Shown here: positions 1 through 18,230 of the stretch, piece by piece
How positions within the stretch are numbered: the stretch's first letter is position 1
Layout: the number at the start of each line of letters is the position of its first letter
Origin: the human T2T-CHM13v2.0 reference genome, Homo sapiens
NCBI RefSeq assembly: GCF_009914755.1
Contig: NC_060933.1
Strand: one strand, 5' to 3'
Length of the DNA: 64,000 bases
Position numbers and translations under genes: made by a program
Notes under the pieces: model-generated
The model's database searches: none
Told to the model about the DNA's origin: nothing
Seen by the model: only the letters and a program-made list of their open reading frames with translations

Positions 1-167
1 GTGATCCTGAATATATACCAATAAAAGTTATCCAATTGAGGAACAGAGAAAAAAGACTGAAAAAAGTGGGCAGATCCTCAGGGACCTGTGAGATGGTATC
101 AAAAGGTCTAACATGTTTTCCTGAAGGAATAGTAGCCCAAATTTCCCCAAATTTACTCAAAGACATA

Positions 168-222
168 TTAGGCTGGTGCAAAAGTAATTGCAGTTTTTGC
201 CATTACTTTTGCACCAACCTAG
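168..222. mobile_element. MADE1 (Hsmar1 MITE), internally deleted
   Basis: TIRs TTAGGCTGGTGCAAAAGTAAT / ATTACTTTTGCACCAACCTAG, flanked by TA at 166-167 and 223-224. Confidence 0.9.
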
Positions 223-253
223 TACATCTCAGTGAATCCCAAAAAGATTTATT

Positions 254-333
254 GAACTACTGGCCTCAAGCAATTCCTCTGTCTTATCCTCCCGAGTAGC
301 TGGGATTCCAGGTGTGAGCCACCACTCCTGGCT
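254..333 (-). mobile_element. Alu/FLAM fragment
   Basis: ctgggattccaggtgtgagccaccactcctggc is an antisense Alu 5' end. Confidence 0.75.
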
Positions 334-859
334 ATTCAAACGAGATTCCTAAAAATTAACAAAACCACGCCTGTGAACGTCATAGGCACATTGTGAAGAA
401 CCAAAAATAAAGAGAAAATCTTGAAATCAGACAGGGAAAAATAACACACTGCACGTCAGGGAACAACAATTCAAATAATCACAGATGTCTCGCTGGAAAC
501 ACGGAGCCCAGGAACACAGACCTTGGCCCAGAGTCCTCTCTTAGAATTTCTAGTTCTATAAAAGGACATCAGGAAGCAGGACACAATATAAGTGAGCCTG
601 GATCTGGGGGAGGGCAAAAGGGTGATGTGTGGAAGAAATGTGTCGTTTCAGGGACAAAGTGGAGTGGAATCCCTAGCAAGATGTGAACAGAGTCTGAGGG
701 CTTTACATGGGAGGAGTTGGGTGGCCAGGAACCCATATTTGAGAATGTCAGCTTGACAGTCTTGTTGGGAGCCAGACCCGTCCATAGATTGTAGCAAGGA
801 CTTTGGACTTGGACAGGTCTGCAGTTTACCCCTCCTTCTGCTGCTTGCTAGCTGCATAA

Positions 860-1515
<656 letters not shown>

Positions 1516-1819
1516 CCTTGATTCCTTTTCTATAAATGAGGGCTGACAATAGCACCTACTTCATGGGGCTGTTGCAAAGATGAAATGAGACAGATGTGTG
1601 TAAAGCTAAGTGCAGAGCTTGCTCAATGGTAAGGGCCTGAGAAATGGCACTTGCTCTGAGGGCTGCTGGGTTTCTGTTTGCCAGCCGTACTCGTGTGTGA
1701 GCTCTTCTAGCCTTTGATGGCCCTTCTTCCCTTACCACACTCTGTGAGTCGTGATTATGCCAGCTGGTACTCACCTTCTCACCTCTATGACAAAGGACAG
1801 CACAGATGGCATAAACTAG

Positions 1820-2212
<393 letters not shown>

Positions 2213-2241
2213 TATTTATTCATCTTTTAAAACCCAGCTTT

Positions 2242-2836
<595 letters not shown>

Positions 2837-4428
2837 CTAGTGAATAGTAGCCTTGGCATTTCTACAAACATCTAGATGTATTTTCGATCCAAACTTAAGA
2901 CACTTTCATTTTAAGATTCAAAGACAGGCTTTTCTCCATGAAGGAAGGCACAGCTATGTGCACAGGTGGGTGGAACCTATGAATCTACAATTTGGTTTCA
3001 CCGAGAAGCAAAATATCTGTGCGTACAACTTTGTGTAATTGAAACACGATTCATATCACAACAACCTGTGTGTTATCAAGCCCCCAAGCGCCCATGAGCA
3101 GTGCAAACGGATATAGGAACCTGTAGGGGGGCAGAGGGATTGCTTCTGGTCTGGCTTTTGATTTGAGCATTTAACAAGTAAATCCAAATGGGCACTTTGA
3201 AACCGTGATCCCTTCCAGCATGGCCACTCTGTCAGATGCACGCTCTGCCTGGGCCGCCCAGAGCACAAAAGCGAAAAGGAAGGAACACATGGCCAGTCCC
3301 AAGCCAGAAAGGGCCTTTCTGTGGCAGGATATTGAGCTGTTTGATAAATCCCAATATTACGCTTGAATTATACTTGAATGCTTAGAGAAAGACCATTGTT
3401 CAAAGACGCTTAACATGGACTCAAGTGGATCCCTTTCTTCCGCCGCCTTGGAGGTGGTGTTGTGGGCTGTAATGATTTGGTATTGTATTTATAAGCTGAC
3501 AGGGTAATCCTAGGAACAGCGGGAGGGAATGCAACCCAGGCAAGACTTTTCCACCCTGCTAATTAAAACAATCCTTCCTCTCCCCGTGAAGGCTAATGAG
3601 ACAGAAAGCGAGTGGGCTAATGAAAATGTCACCACGAGATTGCCCACTTATTTTATTTATTTACTGAATGTTGTAACTTCCATTTTGGGGTTCTAAGAGA
3701 GAGAAAAAGAGAGAGATTTTTAAAACTTTACTAGAAAGCCCTCTCTCATTCATCACTGCTCTGCCCAGGATGAGCTATCACCATGCGTAGCTTTAGTGAT
3801 CTGAGATTTTATCTCCAGTTGTCAATAATAACGACACGCTAGGAAAAGACTGTGTTCACTTCAAACTAAATAAAAGTGAAGGAATCTGAATGCTTTTCAG
3901 AGTATTTCCCCCTGAATCCAAGAGGCCAGTTTGTTTATGAAAGGCTTGGCCCCTGGGGTGGTTGGTCGAGTTAAAGAAGCTTCATCGATACCGAGTGGTG
4001 TTTGGTAGACCGGAGCAGTGTGTCCAAGCAGACTTAATGTCTACACCAACAGCGTTTGGCACTGCCAAGATAGCAGGAACTCAATTAACATGGTATCGAA
4101 TGGTGTCCAGCATGACCTCACCCTTCAATACCATGAGGGCACCCCACGGCCCACCTTCATTTCAAACCCTTGCATTTTTCTAGAATGTTTGGTGATGTCA
4201 GCTCATGACTTTATTGTCACCCACTGTACACTGGACCAGTGAAAGAAACACAGGGCTTACCTTTATGTAGATTCTGCTAAGTGGGATTTTTATGCTAATG
4301 AGTCTGAATTTTTGGTCACCAGAGTGCATTTGCTCAGTGAGTGAACTGAGATCGGCAGCAGGTGCGCATTCCCCAGGAGAACCCAGGGAATGAAGAAAGG
4401 ATGATGGTCTGGTTATGGACTTGGCAGG

Positions 4429-4848
4429 TGTATTCATTTCCATGGCTGCCATCGCAAGTCACAACTTGGTGGCTTGAAATAATAAGAAATGTATTCTGTC
4501 ACAGCTTCAGAGGTCAGAAGTCTAAAATCACAGGTGCTACCTGGGCCAAGCTCTCTCCAAATTCTCCAAGGGAGGGTCTTTCCTGGCCTCTCCCAGTTTC
4601 TAGTGGCTCCAGGTGTTCTTGACTTGTGGCCGCATCACTCTGATCTCTGCCTCTGTGGTCACGTGGCCTCTCTCCTGTGTCTTCTCATATTCTCTCTTAC
4701 GAGGGCACTTTTCGTTGAATTTAGGATCCTCAAGGATCATCCAGGATGATCTCATCTCAAGATTCTTAATTGCATTTGCAATGATCCTTTTTCCAAATGA
4801 GGTCACATTCACAGGTTCTGGGGACATACCTTTTGCAACCCACTATAG
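4429..4848 (-). mobile_element. MaLR solo LTR (MLT1-like)
   Basis: tgtattcatttccatggctgcc...ggtggcttgaaa...cagaagtctaaaatc...ttccaaatgaggtcacattcacagg. Confidence 0.85.
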
Positions 4849-5868
4849 TAGGGTTTGCAAAAAATTTGAATTGGTCACTTGATCCAAGTCAGTTACACAA
4901 GCATTTTTCACTCTTGCTTCAACAAAGAATTTCTCTTCCTAGTTTTTTCATGGCATGAAGATATATGCAGAGTGATCTTTATGAAAAGAACAGTCAGGAA
5001 AAAAAATACAACCTTTTGAAGACATTTAAGTGATATCTAGTGGCCATTCCACCATTCCACATTTGAAGCTGGAAACTTTAATGCTACGGCAATTCAAAGT
5101 GATAATTACGAACGCTTCAAGTGAGATTCCTGATGGGGAAAATGCCCATGATAGGTTGATGAGTGGGGTAGTGAGGAGGAGGTGGAACACAAAATTATAT
5201 GTCTAGTATGATAGCAGTTTTGCAAAAATTATCCTTGTCTGGAGAGTGAACTTGTCTGGATAGGGCCAGGAAGTGAGCTCTGAAAAATGAAAAGTGGTAA
5301 GTTATAGATAGGGGCTGGATTTTCCCCCCACCCCTACTTTACAATTTCTGTTATGAGGATCATTTTTAAAGTTACAGTAGAGCTTGCCTCTGTGGGGAGA
5401 CAGGAACAGGAGGGAGACCTGCTCTTCATTTCGCACCCTGTGTATCATCTGACTTCTGTGTCATGTGCATGTAATACTATTCAGGTAACTCGATGCATAA
5501 AGAAAGATGACAGTTCCTGTCATCATGAGGCCTTCCCTGATCGCCTTGTCCCCAAGCACTGGTCCTGCTTTCTGAAGACTCCTTGAGCTGTTGATACACT
5601 GTGAGTGTGTTTATAACCTTACTCTGCAATTGTTTGTTTGCTCTTTTCTTCTTGTGCAAGGAGTGAGACCATGGGCTAAGGCTCGAAGCAGAAAGACATT
5701 AAGGTGCACTCCAGGAACAGAAAGACGGCCAGTATTACGGGTTCAAACTCGACGCAGGACGTGGCAAGAGGCAAGGCTGAAGGAAAGAGTCGTGGATGTC
5801 ACAGTAGAAGTCTGGACTTCGTCCGAGGGCAGTGGGAAAACATCAAGAGGGGCGGGACCACTTTTGCA

Positions 5869-6175
5869 TTTTTTTTTTTTTTTTTTTTTTTTGAGACGGA
5901 CTCTCACTCTGTCACCCAGGCTGGAGAGCAGTGACGCGATCTCGGCTCTCTGCAAACTCCGCCTCCCGGGTTCACGCCATTCTCCTGCCTCAGCCTCCCG
6001 AGTAGCTGGGACTACAGGCGCCCGCCAGCACACCCGGCTAATATTTTTTGTATTTTTAGTAGAGACAGGGTTTCACCATGTTAGCCAGGATGGTTTCGAT
6101 CTCCTGACTTCGTGATCTGCCCGTCTTGGGCTCCCAAAGTGCTGGGATTACAGGTGTGAGCCACCGCGCCCGGCC
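5869..6175 (-). mobile_element. AluY
   Basis: AluY diagnostics; TSD cacttttgcatttt at 5859 and 6176. Confidence 0.95.
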
Positions 6176-6292
6176 CACTTTTGCATTTTAGAGAGATCAC
6201 CCCGGGTGTGGAAAATGGGTATATAGTAATTTCACCATATAGCTGTAATAGATATAAATAAACCTCAAGAGTACAGAGAAAAGTGAGACATT

Positions 6293-6585
6293 GGCCAGGC
6301 GCAGTGGCTCACTCCTGTAATCCCAGCACTTTGGGAGGCTGAGGCCAACACCTGAGGTCATGAGTTCAAGAGCAACCTAGCCAACATAGTAAAACCTCGT
6401 CGCTACTAAAAATACAAAAATTAGCAGGGTGTGGTGGGCTACTGTAATCCCAGCTACTCAGGAGGCTGAGGCAGGAGCATCACTTGAACCCAGGAGGCGG
6501 AGGTTGTATTGAGCCAAGATTGCACCACTGCCTTCTAGCCTGGGAGACAGAGCGAGACGCCATCAAAAAAAAAAAAAAAAAAAAA
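6293..6585 (+). mobile_element. AluS with small deletions
   Basis: Dimer with A tail; TSD agacatt. Confidence 0.92.
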
Positions 6586-6594
6586 GACATTGGA

Positions 6595-6778
6595 AAATAA
6601 TTAGAAAGTGATGACTTTTGAGTATGTATTGCATTGTCTTTATATAACTTAAAGTTTGTATAATTTAATTTTTAATGATGTTCCTATTTTACATTTGGCT
6701 TGCAAGATTCCTGATACTTAATGATTGGCTCTGGTGAGCTGATAGAGACTGATTTTGTATACCATTGGTTTCTATTGA
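6595..6778 (-). mobile_element. MER63-like (hAT-Blackjack) fragment
   Basis: tataatttaatttttaatgatg...ggcttgcaagattcctgatacttaatgattggctctggtgagc resembles the reverse-complemented MER63 terminus. Confidence 0.55.
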
Positions 6779-6883
6779 GTCTCAAATGCATGTATTTTAG
6801 GAAAATGTAATATACTTCCACACATAAAAATTTCCAAGATAAAAGGATTCTGAGTTCTCCTTTATTTGGGGGAACAGATATGG

Positions 6884-7555
<672 letters not shown>

Positions 7556-7928
7556 TAAGGCTTAGGAAGCAGTTGAACATGATGTTTCACTCTGCACTGT
7601 ACCCAGCCCTGAGTCCTGAAGAACAAGACCTGGCTCATGTGGGTAGAAGCTGCTAAGCCAGAGAGGAATTTCCTGGTAGGGGCGTGCAGGACCAGGTTTC
7701 CTGTTCTTTCACCTGCTTGAATCACTGGCTTTGGCTTCCTTCCTCTATGAGGCTCTGTGATTAAGCCAACCCAGGCAGCTGAAGCATCTGTCTGGTCACT
7801 CCCCGCTCTGAGCCCTGAGCCGAGAGATCCAGCTCTCTGTGGTCTGATTTAGTCTTCCTGATTCATCTTCAGATAAATCAGCTGCTGTTATAGTTTCAGC
7901 TCTTACTCTGGGTAAGATGCTCTAATCT

Positions 7929-8271
<343 letters not shown>

Positions 8272-8344
8272 TTATTCCTCGATCCTATGGTGCGGTGATG
8301 TAGATCACCACTCAGGGAGGAATGGAGGATATCATTCTTATCGT

Positions 8345-8446
8345 AGATCATCATCATCAACATCAGCATAATGGCATCATCATCATTATCAACATTATAA
8401 CATCATCCTCAGCGGCAGCCGCAGCAGCAGCAATAACAATAATAAC
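8345..8446. repeat. Degenerate (CAT)n/(CAG)n/(AAT)n low-complexity tract
   Basis: atcatcatcatcaacatcagc...gcagccgcagcagcagcaataacaataataac. Confidence 0.75.
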
Positions 8447-8447
8447 T

Positions 8448-8733
8448 GCTCTGGGAGGCCGAGGCGAGGGGATCACTTGAGCTCAGGAGTTTGAGACAGG
8501 CCTGGGCAACATTGCGAAGCCCCCTCTCTACAAAAAATAAAAATAAAAAAATTAGCTGGGCATGGTTGCACATGCCTGTAGTCCCAGCTACTTGAGAGGT
8601 CGAGGAGAGAGGATCGCTTGAACCCAGGAGGACGCGGCTACAGTGAGCCATGGTTACACCACTGCACTCCAGCCTGGGTGACAGAGTGAGACCCTGTCTC
8701 AAAATAATAATAATAATAGTAATAATAATAATA
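8448..8733 (+). mobile_element. 5'-truncated AluJ with (AAT)n tail
   Basis: Starts at gctctgggaggccgagg; J diagnostics. Confidence 0.9.
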
Positions 8734-8734
8734 A

Positions 8735-9240
8735 ACAACTCACATTGACCGAACAGTTTCTATGGGCCAAGAAATGGTTTTACAATGCATTCTCTCATCA
8801 AATCCTCTTAACAACCTGACCAGAGTAGATACCATTGGTATTCCCATTTTACAGATCAGAAAACCAAGGCTCAGAGAAATACAGAAACTTGCCTGAAGTC
8901 ACACTGCTAGTGAGTGGTGAAACCAAGATCTGAACCTCCACTAGGCTGAATCCATAGCCCATCCTCTTGTTAGTAACTCTGCTACAATGCCATTGACTAG
9001 CTATTGACAATTATGATTAACATCTAGATCATGTTTGAGGGTTTACAAAGTACCCTTGAATCTATCATCTCATCTGCTACCACCCTGGGAGGGCCATCAT
9101 TATTTCTGTCGTCATTTGAGAGTCCAGGGAGCCGAGGCTCAGAGAGGTGTAGGGACTTCGATAACCCATCAGTGGTAGACAATGGATCTGAACCTGGGTC
9201 GGACGCTGCAAGCTGTGCAGGCTGCCCTATTTTACATAGA
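8735..9240 (-). mobile_element. MIR fragments (two)
   Basis: cccattttacagatcagaaaaccaaggctcagagaa; gaggctcagagaggtgtagggactt. Confidence 0.7.
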
Positions 9241-10164
9241 CACTTTCTGGAGTCTGGACCATTCCTCTTCAGTAAACACCTCCCACATACAGGACTTTCT
9301 GATGCAACCTGTGTGTGTGTTCCCAAAATAGCTGTTGAGTGACAGTCTAGCCTCCTTGATTTGAAGCTTGCAAAGACCACTGTTTTCACCATCACCCTTC
9401 TCTCCTTGCCTCTTACTCTCTTTTCCTCCTTATTCCCTTTTCCTCCTCTCTGCATCCTAAACACACAATACCAGGGTCAGTGGGACCCGCAGCCTTTGTT
9501 TTCAAAGTAAAGTGTTGAGAATTTCACCCCACAAATCTGTCATTTGCATACTGTTTCTTTGGGAGTAGGGGGAAAAGGAGACTGTGGGCCAGATATTTTC
9601 ATGCAATTCTACTCATTATTTACGCAGACAAGGAGATATTTCAGTAAAACTGCACTCAACTCTGAGTGACAAGGTATCTTTCTGCAGTGCAAGGTTCAGG
9701 GAAATTGTAGTGAAGTTGACAGCTTTTTAATGTACAGTTGCTATTCCACTGAAATACGGCATGTTTTTATTTTGAAAGTACAAGATGACCTATTTATTAG
9801 CTGTGATTCAAGCTGAGTTTACATGCTGGGAAACACAAAGGGAGAAGAATAGCATATTTCTTTTGAGGGCCACAGACACCCTCCCCGCTCCCCGCCAACC
9901 ACACATAAGAAAACATTGAAACTGAGTGTTCTGAATTGGAGTGGACGTATTTTCCTTGAAATGACAGCCTACCTTGGAATCACGGGAAAAAGTTGCCAAT
10001 TACCTTAATCATCCTCCTCAGGGTAACAACAAGGAAGTGCTTAGGCTGCCTCGGTGCGCGGAGGCAGAGTGAGCAGTGAGTTCTGGGGAGACAAACAGCC
10101 CCGGATTCAAATACCAGGAACCCGATCTTCTTCAATGGCAAGGCTTGGGTCAGGCACGCCTGAG

Positions 10165-10333
10165 CTCCTGTTCCTCCAAGGGTGGCTGGTGTGTCTGCAG
10201 CGTCCACAGCCCTGGGCACTTGCTGGAGACGCAGAGTCTCAGCCCCCACCCCAGACCTTCCTAATCATCAGAACCTACATTTCAACAAGGTCCCAGGTAA
10301 TCTGTGTGCATATTCCAGTTTGAGAAGTGCTGG
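10165..10333. mobile_element. MER5A (hAT-Charlie)
   Basis: cccaccccagacc...atcagaacctacatttcaacaaggtcccaggtaatctgtgtgcatattccagtttgagaagtgctg. Confidence 0.85.
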
Positions 10334-10394
10334 GCCAGCCCAGAGTATCTTCTACCCTTTGTGCAGTTTAGGGAGGTTCAGTTGTACACTGTTC

Positions 10395-10540
10395 AGTTGT
10401 TCACTTATTTGGCACCTACTACTATGTGCCAGGAGCTGATCTAGGTACTAGGAATACAGGCGGTAAGACAGACATAGCCCCCGCCCTCCCTTGGGAGTTT
10501 CCAAGACAAGCAGTGATATGGAACAAGGAATTGCAGTGGG
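10395..10540 (-). mobile_element. L2 fragment
   Basis: ttcacttatttggcacctactactatgtgccagg...ctaggtactaggaatacag. Confidence 0.65.
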
Positions 10541-10632
10541 GATGGATTATAAGACCATTCTCTCCTGGACAGAATGGCATTCGCATCTTGATGGGATTGT
10601 AACTGGCAAAATTTATTCAATAAGAAAAAACA

Positions 10633-10951
<319 letters not shown>

Positions 10952-11008
10952 TCATTTTACATAATCTTATAAACCTTTTCTTATAGGTTATTGTGTACTT
11001 GGAGATAA

Positions 11009-11580
<572 letters not shown>

Positions 11581-11599
11581 GCTCATTAAAATAAAAAAG

Positions 11600-11916
<317 letters not shown>

Positions 11917-13094
11917 AGAAAAGTATTTTAATTTAAAATAGGCCGGTGTTTATCTTAGGTAAAATGGACCATCTTGGTAAACGGCCCTTCGTGAAGCAAC
12001 AATGCTCAGTTTGGATTATGTCAGTTATTGTCACTTACATATGTAGTAGCAGTTTTTCAAGATATTAACCCAAGACGTAGGAAGCATTCTTCCTGAGAAG
12101 GAGAACGCTATGGTCTGTAAGGCTAAAATTGGAGCATGACGTTGAAAATAGGATTCCAGATTACATGCATGGGGCTTCTGGCCACGCTTGAATAGTAGAC
12201 ACTGGACTTGAAAATCACTTGTTTGGGTCTGCAAAGCATGCATTTTGCACCCACAACACTGCCTGGAATCAGTGTCAGTTCTGGGCCATTTTCCCATTTT
12301 ATTCAATCAACCGTTGAGTTCACACGCCAGCCATTCCTTAAGTGTCAATTCTGAGCTGGGCCCTGGATAGATGACAGTGGCCCTCCCGGGCCCACAGGCC
12401 AGGCTTCCAGACATGCCCAAGATGAGAGCTGAGCAGCCACCAGGGTGAAGGCTCCACCTCGTCCTTCATTGGATTCTGAGAACACCCTTTCCTCTTCCAC
12501 TTCCCGTTTCCTACAGAGGTGGCTTTGCAGCTCCGTGGGAAATCAGCTTGCACATGGAAGCCCTGGGCATTAGCAGCAGCAATGGAAGAAGGTATTTGTG
12601 AGGCTAAGGCGCTCAGATGGGGTTTTCCAGCCAAGCAAACCTAGAGCCACCTGCGGCATTGCCAGGGAGACAAATGCCACATCTGGAAAGATATCTGCAT
12701 AATCCACAGCTTGTCATTTGGGCAGGAAGTGTGCTCTCTCCTTTGAGAATCTGCCTTATTATGGGCTGGATCCATGCCAGGAAAGAGGAACGAGAGGGGA
12801 ATGAAGCAGGAGCACATACACTCAGCACATTCATGCCATGGTTTGTCCTCTTGGCTCATGGCCCGCCTCCAGGGCCCCACAGGTTCAGGAGGTGCCTGTG
12901 GTTAGATTCAAGAGAGATGGCCATGGCAAGGCAGGAAGGCTGACCTGAGTCCTTCCGGCAGGGTGGCTGGGTCTTGGCTGTGGTCTCCCGAAATCGTGCA
13001 GTGTTTGGATCCATAGCGAGGGTGTTGTAAATCATTTGTCGCTACTGGTAAAATACTGACTTTTGCAGGTTATTGATCTTTTTTCTTTAAAATT

Positions 13095-13925
<831 letters not shown>

Positions 13926-13950
13926 GGCTTTTGAAAAACAAAATAAATAT

Positions 13951-14375
<425 letters not shown>

Positions 14376-14822
14376 TCATCTCAGCCTGTAGTGACAGGCG
14401 TTTGCTGTTGACCCTTATGTAGCTGTTCCAATTATGGGTGCTCATTCTAATGTAATTGTCCTACAAATGATGCTGGTGGGGACTTTCCTCAGGATCTAGG
14501 TTTGCTCACAGGCATGGTGAGCACATGAGAACTTGATCCATGAGATATTTTTCATTATGGAAAAAAAAGTTCAGAAGAGCTTCCTTAAAATCTAGGAAAT
14601 TAAAGAGTCTGCTCGGTCGTGCCAGAGAGCAGGGCTGAACCCTGATCCTGGAGCCCAAGGCTGTGGCCCTCAGACCTGGATCTCTGAGTCGTCTGGTCAT
14701 GCGTGGTCCTGGTTTCTGTTTTCACCGAGAACACCAGCTCGAATGAAGCCCCGATAGATCGCGTGTAGTGCTTCACTCTTCACCTAACTACCGACGGTGC
14801 CTGCCAAAGATATGGCTCTCAA

Positions 14823-15560
<738 letters not shown>

Positions 15561-16524
15561 CATTTTATGTTTTCCCCCCTTAAAATCAACTAATGAGCAG
15601 AAGAAACTTGGTGCAGAATGCAGCTGGAAGTGCTGGGCTTCCATCTGTCAGTTAGAACCTGCCTCTTTCTGGGGATGCAGAGAGTGAACTGGGTGGAGTT
15701 AATGATCATTGTTGTGTTAGAGGACCTCTTCCAAGAAAGGAGAAGTCATATTATTCAAATCCCAGTTTCATTTGAAGCCTAGCAGGTAATCGAAAGCAGA
15801 CTTCAGACTAGTGTAAGGTGGCCTGCCCTGACTAGGCTGCCTGGGGTCTTGTCTTCACTCGCCAGCTTGGACGTGATCCCTGCTCCTGCCACCAGGAGCG
15901 CGTGGCCTTTTCTTGGCCATCCCCATCCACAAAGCAGCATGCGGAGTGGCTGCGGTCGGTCCGCGTAGATCAGCACGTCGGTTACACACAGGGTGTCCGC
16001 CGTGTGTTCGGACCTAACACTCCTCTCAAATACACACTAAGCTGCTGACAGCGGCAAACGCGGGGACTTCAGACACCTAGCGCAATGTATATGTTGAAAG
16101 AGTGGTTTTCTAGAATACTAAAAGGTAGAACATACCAGAAAATTGGGCTGATTAAAGAACCAACCTGCTACTTCCTCTCTGTACTCAGCCCTAGAATATT
16201 TCTTAATAAAACCACCCAACATTCAAAGGATATCCACTGGAGGAAAGACCTACTTAGGAGTCCAGTTTACAAGGCAGTGAGATTATTTGTTTTACAGCAG
16301 CCGCTGTATTATGCAGTTAGGGGCTGCCAGGGGAGGTACCCATTGGTAATGTGGTGACAATGTTATGTGCTTTGTTTGGGAGTGTGGCTTAATTAGATGA
16401 CAACTTGGAGGTGCTAGCTGTTCTCAAGGTAATACTGGTCTCCTGGGCTGAGGACTAATTTAGCTTTTTCGTTTAATTCAGAAATGGGGAGAGGGAAGAA
16501 GCTCAGGTTGTACTGGATCAAGAT

Positions 16525-16576
16525 ACACACACGCACACATGCACACACACACACGCACACATGCACACACACACAC
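16525..16576. repeat. Imperfect (CA)n microsatellite
   Basis: acacacacgcacacatgcacacac x2. Confidence 0.85.
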
Positions 16577-16729
16577 TGTTACTATATGTACATCACAAAA
16601 CTTTGGTTGCATGACCCTGGGAAGGATTGTGGCCTCAGACAGAGTAGGAGAAGAATGGAATGACTCTCACATTCAATTAGGTTGATTAAAACACATCACT
16701 GCTGAGGCCTTTCTCTTCCCTCATGCACC

Positions 16730-16920
16730 ATAGCAGGCAGTGTAATGTTGTGTTAAGGCACAGCTTTGGCTCAGGCAGACCAGACATTGGGCAGGTATTT
16801 ACTGAACTTCTCTGAGCCTCCATTTCTTTATAAAACAGGGATGGTAACATTCACCTCCTGGGCTGGTTGTGAGGATCCAGCACTTGGCAGAGTTCTTAGA
16901 ACACAGGAAATGCTCCCCAA
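16730..16920 (+). mobile_element. MIR
   Basis: ttctctgagcctccatttctttataaaacagggatgg...ggttgtgaggat. Confidence 0.75.
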
Positions 16921-16932
16921 ATGAAGCCTCTG

Positions 16933-17332
<400 letters not shown>

Positions 17333-17469
17333 TAGGCACCTATGACGTGGAGATGAGGTTATGGGAAAAGCCCAACAACTGGGCTGTGGACAAGGGTAGG
17401 GCACCGTGGAGGTGGGAAGTCAGAGAAAGCTTCACAGAGGGGGCCAGTCTGGAGGTCAGTTTACAAATT

Positions 17470-18215
17470 TCCTTTATGGTTCATGAAACTATGATATTTA
17501 TGCCATAAAGTTGATCCATTTTAAGCATCCAGTTTGGTTGATTTGGCAGTTATGTGCAATCACGTAACCTCCATCACAGTAGAAATAAAGAACAATTTCC
17601 CCACCCAAAGAAGCTCTCTTTTGCTCCCTTGCACTCACCCTCCTCTCCTACTCCTGGCTGCACTCACCCTCCTCTCCTACTCCTGGCTGCAGCAACCACT
17701 GATTGCTTTTTGTTGCTACAGTTTTGTTCTTCCTAGAATTTGATATAAATGGAGCCATAGAGTACACAGGTTTTTTTTTTTTTATGTTTTACTTCTTTCA
17801 TTAGCATAAGGCACCTGAGATTCATCCATGTTGTGGCCTATAGCAGTACTTCATTCCTTTTCATTGCCAAGAAGTTTTCCATCATATGGGCTACCACAAT
17901 TCACTTATCCATTTGTTCAGTTGTTGAACATCTGGGTTGCTCCCAGTTTAAGGCTGCTATGAATAACCTGTGATTTCCAGACAGACACTTTTGTGGGCAT
18001 ATATTTTCATTTATCTTGGGCAAATACCCAGGAACGGGATTGTGGAGTTACATAATAAACGTCTGTTTAACTTTGCAAGGTTCTGCGATATCATTTTCCA
18101 AAGTGGCTGGACATTCCACATTGCTACCAGCAGGGTATGAGCATCTCAGTTGCTCCCCGTTCTCACCAATAGTTGGTATTGTCAGTCTTTTTATATTTAA
18201 TGGTTGAATTTCCAG
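17470..18215 (-). mobile_element. L1M fragment
   Basis: tgagattcatccatgttgtggcc...cagtacttcattccttttcattgcc; cttgggcaaatacccagga. Confidence 0.85.
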
Positions 18216-18230
18216 GGATGATTAAGAGTT

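Larger units (their letters stand above)
1..512 (+). mobile_element. Old L1M fragment (ORF1 region), interrupted by MADE1 and an Alu fragment
   Basis: A-rich, L1 ORF1-like text (ctcagggacctgtgagat...aaagagaaaatcttgaaa...acagatgtctcgctggaaacacggagcccagga). Confidence 0.6.

Noticed and set aside
8345-8446. Possible polyQ/polyH coding repeat
   Set aside because: Degenerate, interrupted by stops, has no splice context, and grades into an Alu-associated AAT tract.
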